In this document: piece after piece, positions 1-7,883 of the stretch
Layout of the letters: each line of letters starts with the position of its first letter
Numbering within the stretch: position 1 is the first letter of the stretch
Assembly (NCBI GenBank): GCA_044360225.1
Contig: JBIKKR010000001.1
Span: 1 to 60,134 of the forward strand
Source: Bdellovibrionota bacterium
GTDB lineage: Bacteria; Bdellovibrionota_C; UBA2361; OMII01
DNA length: 60,134 nt
Direction: 5' to 3'
Position numbers and translations under genes: made by a program
Notes under the pieces: generated by a model
Told to the model about the DNA's origin: nothing
Seen by the model: the letters and a program-made list of their open reading frames with translations, nothing else
The model's database searches: none

Positions 1-122
1 ATTGCGTCACGATTTGCGATGTTATTGGGGATTATAGCGTGGATGGTTGTATCGGGATTGAGTATGTGAGCGATCACCCCGAACACCCGTACCTAGTAGT
101 GGTGGCATGTGGAGAATGAGAT

Positions 123-1586
123 ATGGCAAGTGAAACAAATGAACTAACTTTCGTGCGATGCCCAACGTGCCGTAGCTTGGTGCCGGCTAGCGCATCGAAG
201 TGCCGCATATGTAACGCAGCGCTCGATGCTGCCGCTAAGGGAGCAGCAGCTGACAACGCAACATCGACTGCTGGGCGTGTGCGGCAAAAGACCGTCTCTG
301 CTGGTGCAGAAGAGATAAAAAATATGGTGGCGGCGAGTGCCCCTCCACAGGGACCAGTGCCGTCGTCGATACCCGTGACGGCTTCTGCGTCGCCCAAGGC
401 TCCTGCGCCGCCAGTGTCGGCGAGTCCGGCGGAGGATGATTCCTTTGATCCGCTCGGGGCCTTTCTGCAGGATCTGGACTCCTCAGGCGACAAACCTGTC
501 CAATCCCCCGAGGTGAATGTCAAACAGGAGGAGGCAGCACCGGTCGATCTGTTTGATGGCGGAAGTAACGATGATAGTGATAGTGCAGAGGATGATGATC
601 TGGACGATGATCTGGACGATTTCGATCTCGATATCTTTGACGATCCATCGTTTGATGATCCGACCGACGACGAGCCGGAGGTTAAGGCCAGTGCCAAAGC
701 TGAGGAAATGTTAGCAGAGGAAGCTGAACCGTTGTTGGATATCGCAGAGGACGATAGCGTATTCGAAGAGCAACCTAAGGAGCCTGAACCAGCGCCGGTA
801 GCGTCGCGCCAGGAGCCTCCGCGTCGTGAGGCTCCACGACCACCCGAGACCCGCAAGCCTCAGAATCGAGACCCGCAGCCGCCCGTCGCCCAAGAGGCCC
901 GAGTTCCTCAAACGCCGGCGCAAGCACGCAGCGGTCAGGGTCAGATTCGGCCGAGGATCGGCGGTATGCCGCATCGGGCAGATCCGAGGCCGCCTGCAAC
1001 GACGACAGAGCAGTTGAGGGAGGCTCCAAAGTCTACTGCTCCCAGAGTGGCAGAGAGTCGGGGCACGGCGGAGAGTCGAGAGAAGTCGGTACGTACGGTG
1101 CCAGCTGCTCAGCCTACACAACCAAAACCGCAGCCGGTAGCACCCAGCGGACGGAGCCGAATTGAGGTCAATCCACCCCGACAGCAGGCACGCCCAATGG
1201 CAGAGAGGCCTGTCCAGGTTGCAGAGACGGAGGGCATTCGACCCGGTAAGATGAAGGCAGGTCGCTTGTTCGGCTGGCTCGTGAGTTATGAGCATCCAGA
1301 CGGCCGAGCTATTGAGCTTCGTGCAGGGCGCTTCTTCGTAACCGGAACGAGTATTCGCTCAACGGATCTGATCCTTGAGGATCAAAGCATATCAACCCCT
1401 CACGCGTTGATGTCCATTACAGAGAATGGGTTGCAGATTCAGGATCTAATGAGTGAGCGCGGCACATTTGTGCGTTGCCAGGGAGAAGCGCAGTACATCC
1501 GTGAGGAAGGAGTTATTGAGATCCGACACGGAGACTGGATTCGATTTGGTGATGTTGAATTCTTGGTAACAGTGGTGCCAGCGTAG
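123..1586 (+). CDS. FHA-domain protein with N-terminal zinc-ribbon and acidic/Pro-rich linker
   Basis: 487-aa ORF with a GGAGAA SD-like motif upstream of the ATG. The N-terminus carries CPTC-x10-CRIC. The centre is D/E/P-rich low complexity. The C-terminal ~100 aa shows FHA hallmarks (GRFFV, ISTPHA, DLMSERGTFV). It heads the T3SS-like operon. Confidence 0.8.
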   Translation: MASETNELTFVRCPTCRSLVPASASKCRICNAALDAAAKGAAADNATSTAGRVRQKTVSAGAEEIKNMVAASAPPQGPVPSSIPVTASASPKAPAPPVSASPAEDDSFDPLGAFLQDLDSSGDKPVQSPEVNVKQEEAAPVDLFDGGSNDDSDSAEDDDLDDDLDDFDLDIFDDPSFDDPTDDEPEVKASAKAEEMLAEEAEPLLDIAEDDSVFEEQPKEPEPAPVASRQEPPRREAPRPPETRKPQNRDPQPPVAQEARVPQTPAQARSGQGQIRPRIGGMPHRADPRPPATTTEQLREAPKSTAPRVAESRGTAESREKSVRTVPAAQPTQPKPQPVAPSGRSRIEVNPPRQQARPMAERPVQVAETEGIRPGKMKAGRLFGWLVSYEHPDGRAIELRAGRFFVTGTSIRSTDLILEDQSISTPHALMSITENGLQIQDLMSERGTFVRCQGEAQYIREEGVIEIRHGDWIRFGDVEFLVTVVPA

Positions 1587-1618
1587 GGATTAAAGAGAGC
1601 AGAATACATGAGGCATCG

Positions 1619-2497
1619 ATGAGAGTGGTGAGGACCGTAATCGTTTTTTGTCTGTACGTGTCTCTACTAACCGGGTGCAGCACTGCGCCGGTGGCGGATG
1701 ACGTGGCGCAGCGAGAGGCGAATGAGATAGTAGCGGTTCTCAGTAAGCACAACATATCTGCGAGCCTGGTGAAGGCTCGTGGTGGTAAGGGACGCTACTC
1801 AGTAGTGGTTCATGAAAGCGACTTCCCGGGTGCCGCTGCCGTGCTCAGTAGACTTGGCCTGCCAGCTGATAAAAAGCCATCGTTTCAGGAATTGACTGGT
1901 GGGAACGGAATTATACCCCCATCACGAGAGGTGGAGGCGCTACGGCTGGATCGCGCGATTGCCTCTGAGCTTGAGGATATTTTCCGTGTTCGCAGTGATG
2001 TAGCATCAGTAAGTGTACTCGTTCGTATGCACTCTCGAGAACCATCTGAGCGCCCAACGGTTACTGTGGTTACTCAAAGCCCGGGGGAGGTGTCTCTCGA
2101 TGTTGCAGAAGTGCGCGAGATCGCCCGACGTGCAGTACCAGGGATACAGAGCGAAGATGTGTACGTAACTGTAGCACAGTCTCCCGATGCACTTGGAGGC
2201 GCCGAAGGCAGGGGCGAGAAGCTTGTGCCTTTCCTAGCATTATGGCGCGTGCCCGAAAGCGACCATAGCGGACTCGTCGCTCTCGTAGTGCTTTTGGTTG
2301 GTTTTTCGGGTGTTTTGGCAGGATTGACCGGGTACATTGTGGGCCAATTCAACTGGCTTAATAGACAGGGAGGTGGTGTGCCGAATAAGCTTGCGCGTTC
2401 AAGCTCAGCAGGCAATGGTCTGACAACCTCTGGTGAGCTATCGTCACAGCCTCTCGATCCGGGTAAAACAAATAGAGAAAACGGGGAGTCGGTATGA
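1619..2497 (+). CDS. sctJ: T3SS inner-membrane ring lipoprotein SctJ (YscJ/HrcJ/EscJ family)
   Basis: Lipobox LLTGC lies near the N-terminus. Mature-part blocks (AQREANEIVAVLSKHNISASLVK, LGLP, SREVEALRLDRAIASELEDIF, VASVSVLV) fit the YscJ/FliF-related family. There is a single C-terminal TM helix. Confidence 0.8.
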   Translation: MRVVRTVIVFCLYVSLLTGCSTAPVADDVAQREANEIVAVLSKHNISASLVKARGGKGRYSVVVHESDFPGAAAVLSRLGLPADKKPSFQELTGGNGIIPPSREVEALRLDRAIASELEDIFRVRSDVASVSVLVRMHSREPSERPTVTVVTQSPGEVSLDVAEVREIARRAVPGIQSEDVYVTVAQSPDALGGAEGRGEKLVPFLALWRVPESDHSGLVALVVLLVGFSGVLAGLTGYIVGQFNWLNRQGGGVPNKLARSSSAGNGLTTSGELSSQPLDPGKTNRENGESV

Positions 2498-2718
2498 GTC
2501 GACCTAACGCGTTTATGCGTCTTCAGCCGCACGAGCGAGCTCGAGTCTCGATAGCTGTTTTGATCGACGGAGGGGATGCGCCGATCTATCTACTTAATGA
2601 CGCTGTGCGAGGTGAAGAGCTGCGACAGGCGGCCGAGGAGTTGTTAGCTATGGAGCTGGATGTTCGATTTCCATTTGTAGGAACGATGCTCCGCTTGGCC
2701 CTTGAGGAGGCCGCATGA
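2494..2718 (+). CDS. small hypothetical protein in T3SS-like operon
   Basis: 74-aa ORF whose ATG overlaps the sctJ stop (ATGA). No recognisable motif. It sits where sctK/sctL lie in other injectisome operons. Confidence 0.4.
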   Translation: MSRPNAFMRLQPHERARVSIAVLIDGGDAPIYLLNDAVRGEELRQAAEELLAMELDVRFPFVGTMLRLALEEAA

Positions 2719-3052
2719 CGTGGTCGGAGACACTGAAGTAGAATTGCAGTTGTATCGGGAGAAGATAGTTGCTGAACTTGAGCGCAGAATGTTGGTCTTG
2801 CAAGATGTTGAGCGGCGCTTGGCGAGTGCGCAGTTTGCGCTGAGTCAGTCCGGCAATGTATCGCGCACAGTAGCGATAAGCACTGCTCGCAAGCAGGTAG
2901 AAAATGCGCATCGTGTTAGGTTGCGCAGCGCCGTAAAGGCGCTTGAGCTTGAGAGGGAAGAAGCCAAGGCCGACTTGGAGCGGGCGGAGGGGCGGTTGCG
3001 CGAAGTAGATATTCGACTTGATGAATTGAGTAAGATTCAAGAAGAGACGTAG
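2702..3052 (+). CDS. coiled-coil protein, possible SctO/FliJ-like stalk component
   Basis: 116-aa ORF with TTG at 2702; an alternative GTG at 2720 lies one nt after the preceding stop. The charged R/E/L/A-rich sequence looks all-helical. It sits directly upstream of sctQ. The assignment is positional and compositional only. Confidence 0.4.
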   Translation: MRRPHDVVGDTEVELQLYREKIVAELERRMLVLQDVERRLASAQFALSQSGNVSRTVAISTARKQVENAHRVRLRSAVKALELEREEAKADLERAEGRLREVDIRLDELSKIQEET

Positions 3053-3069
3053 GGACAGGGAGCAAAACG

Positions 3070-4110
3070 GTGAGTAGCCAAGGACAGATTTCAGGAGAGG
3101 CTAGCAACGAGATTGAGCCATGGACCCCGCACCGGTACATCCGGTCGATAGATGTCCGCGAAGCTCGTTTGGCGAACGGTTTTTTGCGATGCCATCCCGA
3201 GCGATGGTTTCCGGGTTTTGCCGAACGATGGTCGCCTCTGATATCCGTGATTGGGTGTGAGTTCCAGGTCCTTGAGATCAAGCCGACACTCGCGCTTCCA
3301 GACGATTCTTGGGAGTGTTTCAAGGGAACGATCGACGGTGAGGGGGTGCTTGTCGCCATCGAACCGCACACCGCGAGTTTAATCGCTGAGGAAGTAGTGC
3401 CCAATGTCACCTCAGGGCTGCAGACCACTCTGATCCTTGATTATCTCGTACAGCGATGCATGGCAACGCTTGGAATGACCCAGACGGTTTCGGAAAATGC
3501 AGGCGGCATGATTTTTCACGGCCGATGTACGGCCAGTGATGTCGCTGCTGTCGCTGCAGTCCGATTTTCATTGTCGCTAAACGCATCGCCCTGCGCTGTA
3601 GTCGTGGCAGTAGGGCAGGAGTTTGTAGAGCGCATGGATCGTCTCTGGCGTCGGCAGGTGCATTCATCAGCTCGCGCTCAATCGGATGGGGGAGCGTTAC
3701 GCTTTGAGATCGCCCAGCTTGGAGTTCCTCCTCACGTACTTGCGGATTATGTGAGCACGGGCACGATTATCGACCTGGAGGTTCCAGCTTCGGATGCTGT
3801 GACCTTGCGAATGGGTAGTAAGGTGTTTATGCCGGCCCGTCTGGTTGATATCGATGGTATGCTTGGCTGCCAAACGATTCAGGGGAGTGCCCCGGTGCTC
3901 ACGGTTCCCGATGGTACCTCACGAATGAGTGTGGAGATCGCTTCGGCGTCAGTCGATCACCATACGCTGGCAGAATTGGCTCAAGTAGGCGCGGTTTTTA
4001 ACACGGGCCGTCCGGTAGGTAGCCGAGTTGTATTAAGTATCAATCAGGATAGGGTAGCTGAGGCACGACTCTGTGTGTACCAAGGACGCTACGCCGTAGA
4101 GGTGCTCTAG
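3070..4110 (+). CDS. sctQ: T3SS cytoplasmic sorting-platform protein SctQ (two tandem SpoA/FliN-like domains)
   Basis: 346-aa ORF with a GTG start. The C-terminal half contains two SpoA-like segments. These are LRFEIAQLGVP...IIDLEVPASDAVTLRMGSKVFMPARLV and MSVEIASASVDHHTLAELAQVGAVFNTGRPVGSRVVLSINQDRVAEARLCVYQGRYAVEVL. Confidence 0.7.
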   Translation: MSSQGQISGEASNEIEPWTPHRYIRSIDVREARLANGFLRCHPERWFPGFAERWSPLISVIGCEFQVLEIKPTLALPDDSWECFKGTIDGEGVLVAIEPHTASLIAEEVVPNVTSGLQTTLILDYLVQRCMATLGMTQTVSENAGGMIFHGRCTASDVAAVAAVRFSLSLNASPCAVVVAVGQEFVERMDRLWRRQVHSSARAQSDGGALRFEIAQLGVPPHVLADYVSTGTIIDLEVPASDAVTLRMGSKVFMPARLVDIDGMLGCQTIQGSAPVLTVPDGTSRMSVEIASASVDHHTLAELAQVGAVFNTGRPVGSRVVLSINQDRVAEARLCVYQGRYAVEVL

Positions 4111-4179
4111 AGAGACGTGACACACCGTCGCTAAAAATTCCCCCTGGGCAGAGTACGAGGTGCTGGTTAGACTGCTGGC

Positions 4180-4785
4180 ATGGATGCTACATCATCTGGG
4201 CTATCGGTTCTGCTCGCACTCCTGCTGTTTACCACCTTCGTGAAGTCCGCGACGGTTTTATCGATCGCACGATATGGTTTAGGACTTGTTGGTTTCGAGT
4301 TTGGTGCGGTCTGTCTCATCGTTGCAGCTGGCGTCGCGTGGATATCGACACCTCCAGAGTTAGCCGCGCTTGGGCTTCCTGAGGCGCTCTTTTCCCGCGC
4401 CACTGCGGTCCAGCCGCAGGCAGTATCACAGGCGTTGCTGCCGTACATGGAGAGACGGATTGATCCGGCTATTGCCGCCCACTTTCGTGCGCAGCCGAGG
4501 AATGAACCAATACAGAGGGAAGCGGTAGAGAGCGCCTCAAAGCCATTATCGTTACGCTTGGTGGTTCCAGCGTTCCTTCTCTCTGAGCTTAAAGAGGCAT
4601 TCCAACTTGGGTGTATGGTGCTCATCCCGCTGGTCACGGTGGATCTGTTGGTGGCGCATGTACTGGCTCTCCTAGGTGTTTCCAATATTGCTGCTGCGAC
4701 GGTGGCGCTGCCGCTGAAGCTGATGTTATTTCTGACAGCAGGAGGTTGGGGACTTCTTGGTGCAAAAATCGTCGGGATAGAATAG
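4180..4785 (+). CDS. sctR: T3SS export-gate protein SctR (FliP family)
   Basis: 201 aa with multiple TM segments. The blocks FVKSATVLSIARYGLGL and PAFLLSELKEAFQLGCMVLIPLVTVDLLVAHVLALLG match conserved FliP/SctR blocks. Confidence 0.8.
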   Translation: MDATSSGLSVLLALLLFTTFVKSATVLSIARYGLGLVGFEFGAVCLIVAAGVAWISTPPELAALGLPEALFSRATAVQPQAVSQALLPYMERRIDPAIAAHFRAQPRNEPIQREAVESASKPLSLRLVVPAFLLSELKEAFQLGCMVLIPLVTVDLLVAHVLALLGVSNIAAATVALPLKLMLFLTAGGWGLLGAKIVGIE

Positions 4786-4798
4786 AGCGGGGTTTGAT

Positions 4799-5041
4799 AT
4801 GGATAGCAGCCTCTTAGACCTATGTAACCAAGCTTGGAGGTTAGTGTTCACTCTTATTGTTCCGACGCTCGCCATTCCGGTTGTGAGCGCGCTGTTCTCT
4901 TTTGTCGTTGGCCTCATCGGGGTTCGCGACGAAGGGGTTGCCTATGCTCTGCGAGTTTTGGCACTCGTTGGAATAGGGGTGCTGTGTGCACCGATAGTTA
5001 CATCAAGCCTGGAGGCTCTTATGGTTCAGGCATTGAGGTAA
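4799..5041 (+). CDS. sctS: T3SS export-gate protein SctS (FliQ family)
   Basis: 80 aa forming a two-TM hairpin. Its size, its position after sctR and the central block VGLIGVRDEGVAYALRVLAL resemble FliQ/SctS. Confidence 0.7.
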   Translation: MDSSLLDLCNQAWRLVFTLIVPTLAIPVVSALFSFVVGLIGVRDEGVAYALRVLALVGIGVLCAPIVTSSLEALMVQALR

Positions 5042-5048
5042 AGGGGCG

Positions 5049-5627
5049 ATGGTGATTCTGCTTGTGTGTGCCCTAGTTTTTGGTGGGCCGCTGGTAGTGG
5101 CGCTGAGCAGTCTCCTGCTGGTTGTACCAGCTGGGCTAATACCTACCGACGATGTCACGGGTATCATCGTGGTGGGGTGTAGCTTGGCCACTGTGGCAGC
5201 CATCAGTGCTGCGGGAGTGAGTGTGCTGTGCAGATGGTGTTTCTCGCGACCCCCAGTGCGTGGCGCAGCACTCATAGCAGCTCTGCTCCTCGCAGTGTTC
5301 TTTCTATCACACGATGAAACGCTCAGATTTTTGGCGCAGGTGGTGCATGGTACAGCATATTTCAAAACAGGTGCGCAGTTGTGGGTGCAGTTTTTGCTCG
5401 AATCGGGGTTGTTGTGCGCAGTAATAGTGATCGTGTGCACGACTCTAGTTTTACTTGTAGAGCTGCCCGTGCGTTGGGTGCAGGGCCGCGAGTCTTTGAT
5501 CTCGGATGGGGCATTCCGAACGCTTCGTTGGGTGGGGATCGTCGTCATCATCGTTGCTAGTTCATCTCTCATCCGTGAAGAGGGAATCCTCCGAATTGAG
5601 CATGCGCTGAGGAGGTCGTTCAACTAA
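5049..5627 (+). CDS. sctT: probable T3SS export-gate protein SctT (FliR-like), short
   Basis: 192-aa polytopic membrane ORF lying 7 nt after sctS and 2 nt before sctU. The assignment is mainly positional. It is shorter than typical FliR/SctT proteins. Confidence 0.5.
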   Translation: MVILLVCALVFGGPLVVALSSLLLVVPAGLIPTDDVTGIIVVGCSLATVAAISAAGVSVLCRWCFSRPPVRGAALIAALLLAVFFLSHDETLRFLAQVVHGTAYFKTGAQLWVQFLLESGLLCAVIVIVCTTLVLLVELPVRWVQGRESLISDGAFRTLRWVGIVVIIVASSSLIREEGILRIEHALRRSFN

Positions 5628-5629
5628 CG

Positions 5630-6223
5630 ATGACGGATGGAATGCCCAAGAGAGAGAGGTTTCGCACGTTGGTGAAAGCAGGGGAGGTCCCGCGAATGAT
5701 TATCGTTACCAGGGCAGCGATAGTTGCGGCGATCTTCGGGGTTATGCTGTTCTGCGCGGAACGCTCCTCTGAACTTGTAGGGCTACCGCTACGCCAAGCA
5801 GTGAGTGTACAGGGGGATCTCTCACACGCGTGGCGGCCGCTTCTTACATCTGTTGTGGTCCTCTCTGTTGTAGCTCTTTTCGCCGGGAGTTTGGCGACCC
5901 TCGTTCAGACTCGAGGGGCTGCTAGCATTGCTCTGGCACGCACCAGAGCGCGGGAGCAAAGAACGGGTATGAGTCCCCTTGTAGTGGCAGAGCTGCTCGT
6001 AGTCGCTATCGCCGCCTGTTTCGTTGTCCGGCATCTTGCTCCGGAGATGTTCTTGACCCTGCAGCTTGAATCAGCTGCCGCGGTTGAGGAGTATTTTCAT
6101 TCGTTGGCAGTAAAGATATGCAAACAGGTGGTTGTTGTTGCCGTCGTTTTAGCTATACTAGCATTGTTTGTTTATCAGTTCGCTTTTCTCGTCAGATGTC
6201 GAGAGAGGTCCAAACATAACTAG
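5630..6223 (+). CDS. sctU: SctU/FlhB-like protein, membrane domain only (no C-terminal autocleavage domain)
   Basis: 197 aa. The N-terminal MPKRERFRTLVKAGEVPRM resembles the basic FlhB/SctU N-terminal peptide and is followed by four hydrophobic segments. The ORF ends (FLVRCRERSKHN-stop) where the cytoplasmic linker should begin. No NPTH motif occurs in any downstream frame of the operon. Confidence 0.6.
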   Translation: MTDGMPKRERFRTLVKAGEVPRMIIVTRAAIVAAIFGVMLFCAERSSELVGLPLRQAVSVQGDLSHAWRPLLTSVVVLSVVALFAGSLATLVQTRGAASIALARTRAREQRTGMSPLVVAELLVVAIAACFVVRHLAPEMFLTLQLESAAAVEEYFHSLAVKICKQVVVVAVVLAILALFVYQFAFLVRCRERSKHN

Positions 6224-6250
6224 GAGCCTCTCCGGAGTGCTCATGCTCGT

Positions 6251-6499
6251 ATGGCTCTAACTCCAGATCCTTTCTCCCTCTCACCTCTACTCTCGGTACT
6301 ACCGAGTGTTGGCAATGTTTCGCGACTCGAGAGCCTTGTGTCATCTCTGTTCGCGCGTTTTGAGAGTGTTGAGGCTCTTCGTGAGCATACAGAGACTCCT
6401 GAGGCGCGTGCGAAGCTTACGAGCGAGGCAGCTATGTTGCGCCACATATTAGATTGGCTCGCTGTGCAACCCGATGAGTCGGGAGGCGAAGATGAATAA
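6251..6499 (+). CDS. small acidic helical hypothetical protein (possible T3SS substrate or co-chaperone)
   Basis: 82-aa ORF. Its stop overlaps an ATG of the following TPR gene (GATGAATAA). No recognisable family motif. Confidence 0.4.
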   Translation: MALTPDPFSLSPLLSVLPSVGNVSRLESLVSSLFARFESVEALREHTETPEARAKLTSEAAMLRHILDWLAVQPDESGGEDE

Positions 6500-6926
6500 A
6501 GATAATGCAGTTGCAGATGCATCACGAGCGAGCTACTCGAAGGAGGAGCAACTCGACATATACGCGCTTGGAAAGATGTGCCTGGAGACGGGCCACGCGA
6601 AGCGCGCCGAGGTTATTCTCAAGGGACTCACGACCGTAGTTCCTGATTTTTTGCCAGGCTGGTTGGCTCTCTCGGTAGCGCAGGCTACGTTGGGGAACGT
6701 AGAGGCTGCAAATGAGTCAGCACGACAGGCTCTCAAGTTGCAAGCCGATTCTCCAGCAGGGATGATACTGCTGGTTACAACGGCTCTGGCGATCGGGGAC
6801 CAGAGTACTGCTGGGACCTACCTCGGTGAGCTTAAGGATGTCATCGACCAGGGGATCGTTAGTGATCCTAACATAGTTCGGCTTTTCAAGATGCAGATGG
6901 TGCGCTACCACAATCAAGAGGCGTAA
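6474..6926 (+). CDS. TPR protein resembling class II T3SS chaperones (LcrH/SycD/CesD-like)
   Basis: 150 aa, or 144 aa from the ATG at 6492. It has three TPR-like repeats (YALGKMCLETGHAKRAEVILKGL, PGWLALSVAQATLGNVEAANESARQALKL). The size and its position at the end of a T3SS operon are typical of translocator chaperones. Confidence 0.55.
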   Translation: MSREAKMNKDNAVADASRASYSKEEQLDIYALGKMCLETGHAKRAEVILKGLTTVVPDFLPGWLALSVAQATLGNVEAANESARQALKLQADSPAGMILLVTTALAIGDQSTAGTYLGELKDVIDQGIVSDPNIVRLFKMQMVRYHNQEA

Positions 6927-6956
6927 GCGGGATAGCGTAGTGAATGGCTAAGCCCA

Positions 6957-6990
6957 TTTCCAGACCCGCAACTGCTCTCTTTAGGATTAT
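6957..6990. repeat. short conserved intergenic motif, copy 1 (TTTC(C)AGACCCGCAnCnGC...TTTAGGnTTA)
   Basis: tttccagacccgcaactgctctctttaggattat. Related copies lie at 22276-22307 and 41456-41488. This copy overlaps the stop codon of the minus-strand DUF2233 gene. Confidence 0.6.
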
Positions 6991-7883
6991 CGTTTCTCAA
7001 ACAGCCCGAGCACAACGGGAACTTCATCTCTTCCCGGAAGGAACTCCTCTCTCGTAGCGCCTTCGTGTCCCGAGACACCCCCAGATATAGAGAGCTGAGA
7101 CGAGCCCCCTCCATCGAAGTTCAGCGCTTCGACGCATCCGAGCTCTGGGCGAAGCAGCACTGTTTGCAGTTCACGTAACGAACCTCCAAACATAGCTAGC
7201 GATACGCGCATCAAGACAACCCGTTTTTCACGATCGATACACACCAACGAAATATTAGTTGCGCTTGCAGAATCCTTTACCCCGATCACCGGTGCACCAT
7301 CGGATATGAGCCTTGGTCCGGCTTGAGCGGCTTCAAGTACCTTCTCAGCCGAGAAGAGGCTTCTATGAACTACGCCGATAGTCTCAGACGTTACAAAAAA
7401 CACCCCGGTGAGAGTGCCGCCGCCGTTATGAACTTTCTGATGTTGAATACCTCGGCTGATAACCACGCCCAAAGGTTTGCCCTGCTCATCAAAAAAATTA
7501 GAATTGATACACGCAGTAGCACCGCTTGCCTTGCACAGCATCTGCGATGTTGCTTTCTTCCAACCGTATTCGCTAGCTCTGATGGTTCGTGGCGCATAGT
7601 GCGAGCTCGACGCACGTACAGCAACTGCGGAAGATGCAAGAAGGCTGCTCGATGAAACTTGAAAGTGAGAGGCTTCGAGCCCCTCTGCAAGTTGTTCCCA
7701 AACAATAGCTGGTGCCGGGGTCGGGGGCAGTTCGCTTGTTTGAGCAACTGCCCGCGAGACGTCAACTCCTCTAACGACAAGCGTAGCCACGAGAAGTAGC
7801 GTCAGGAACAGCTCGCCGTGCGGGGTGCTAGTGCGCCGCAGTGAATTCAGCGTTGAGTTTGCTCGGGCCTGGGAGCTTACCAT
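6987..7883 (-). CDS. phosphodiester glycosidase family protein (DUF2233/NAGPA-like), secreted
   Basis: Family-typical blocks are ACINSNFFDEQGKPLGVVISRG, AAQAGPRLISDG and EALNFDGGGSSQLSI. A hydrophobic signal-like N-terminus is present. The start is uncertain: the ATG at 7883 would overlap the nuoF 3' end, and the longest ORF reaches 7955. Confidence 0.7.
   Translation of the reverse strand: MVSSQARANSTLNSLRRTSTPHGELFLTLLLVATLVVRGVDVSRAVAQTSELPPTPAPAIVWEQLAEGLEASHFQVSSSSLLASSAVAVRASSSHYAPRTIRASEYGWKKATSQMLCKASGATACINSNFFDEQGKPLGVVISRGIQHQKVHNGGGTLTGVFFVTSETIGVVHRSLFSAEKVLEAAQAGPRLISDGAPVIGVKDSASATNISLVCIDREKRVVLMRVSLAMFGGSLRELQTVLLRPELGCVEALNFDGGGSSQLSISGGVSGHEGATREEFLPGRDEVPVVLGLFEKR

Noticed and set aside
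74-1295. Long antisense and alternate-frame ORFs over the FHA gene (74-856 minus, 711-1295 minus and others).
   Set aside because: They are Ser/Arg/Gly-rich products of the low-complexity acidic and Pro-rich coding region on the plus strand. They have no motifs and overlap a well-supported gene.
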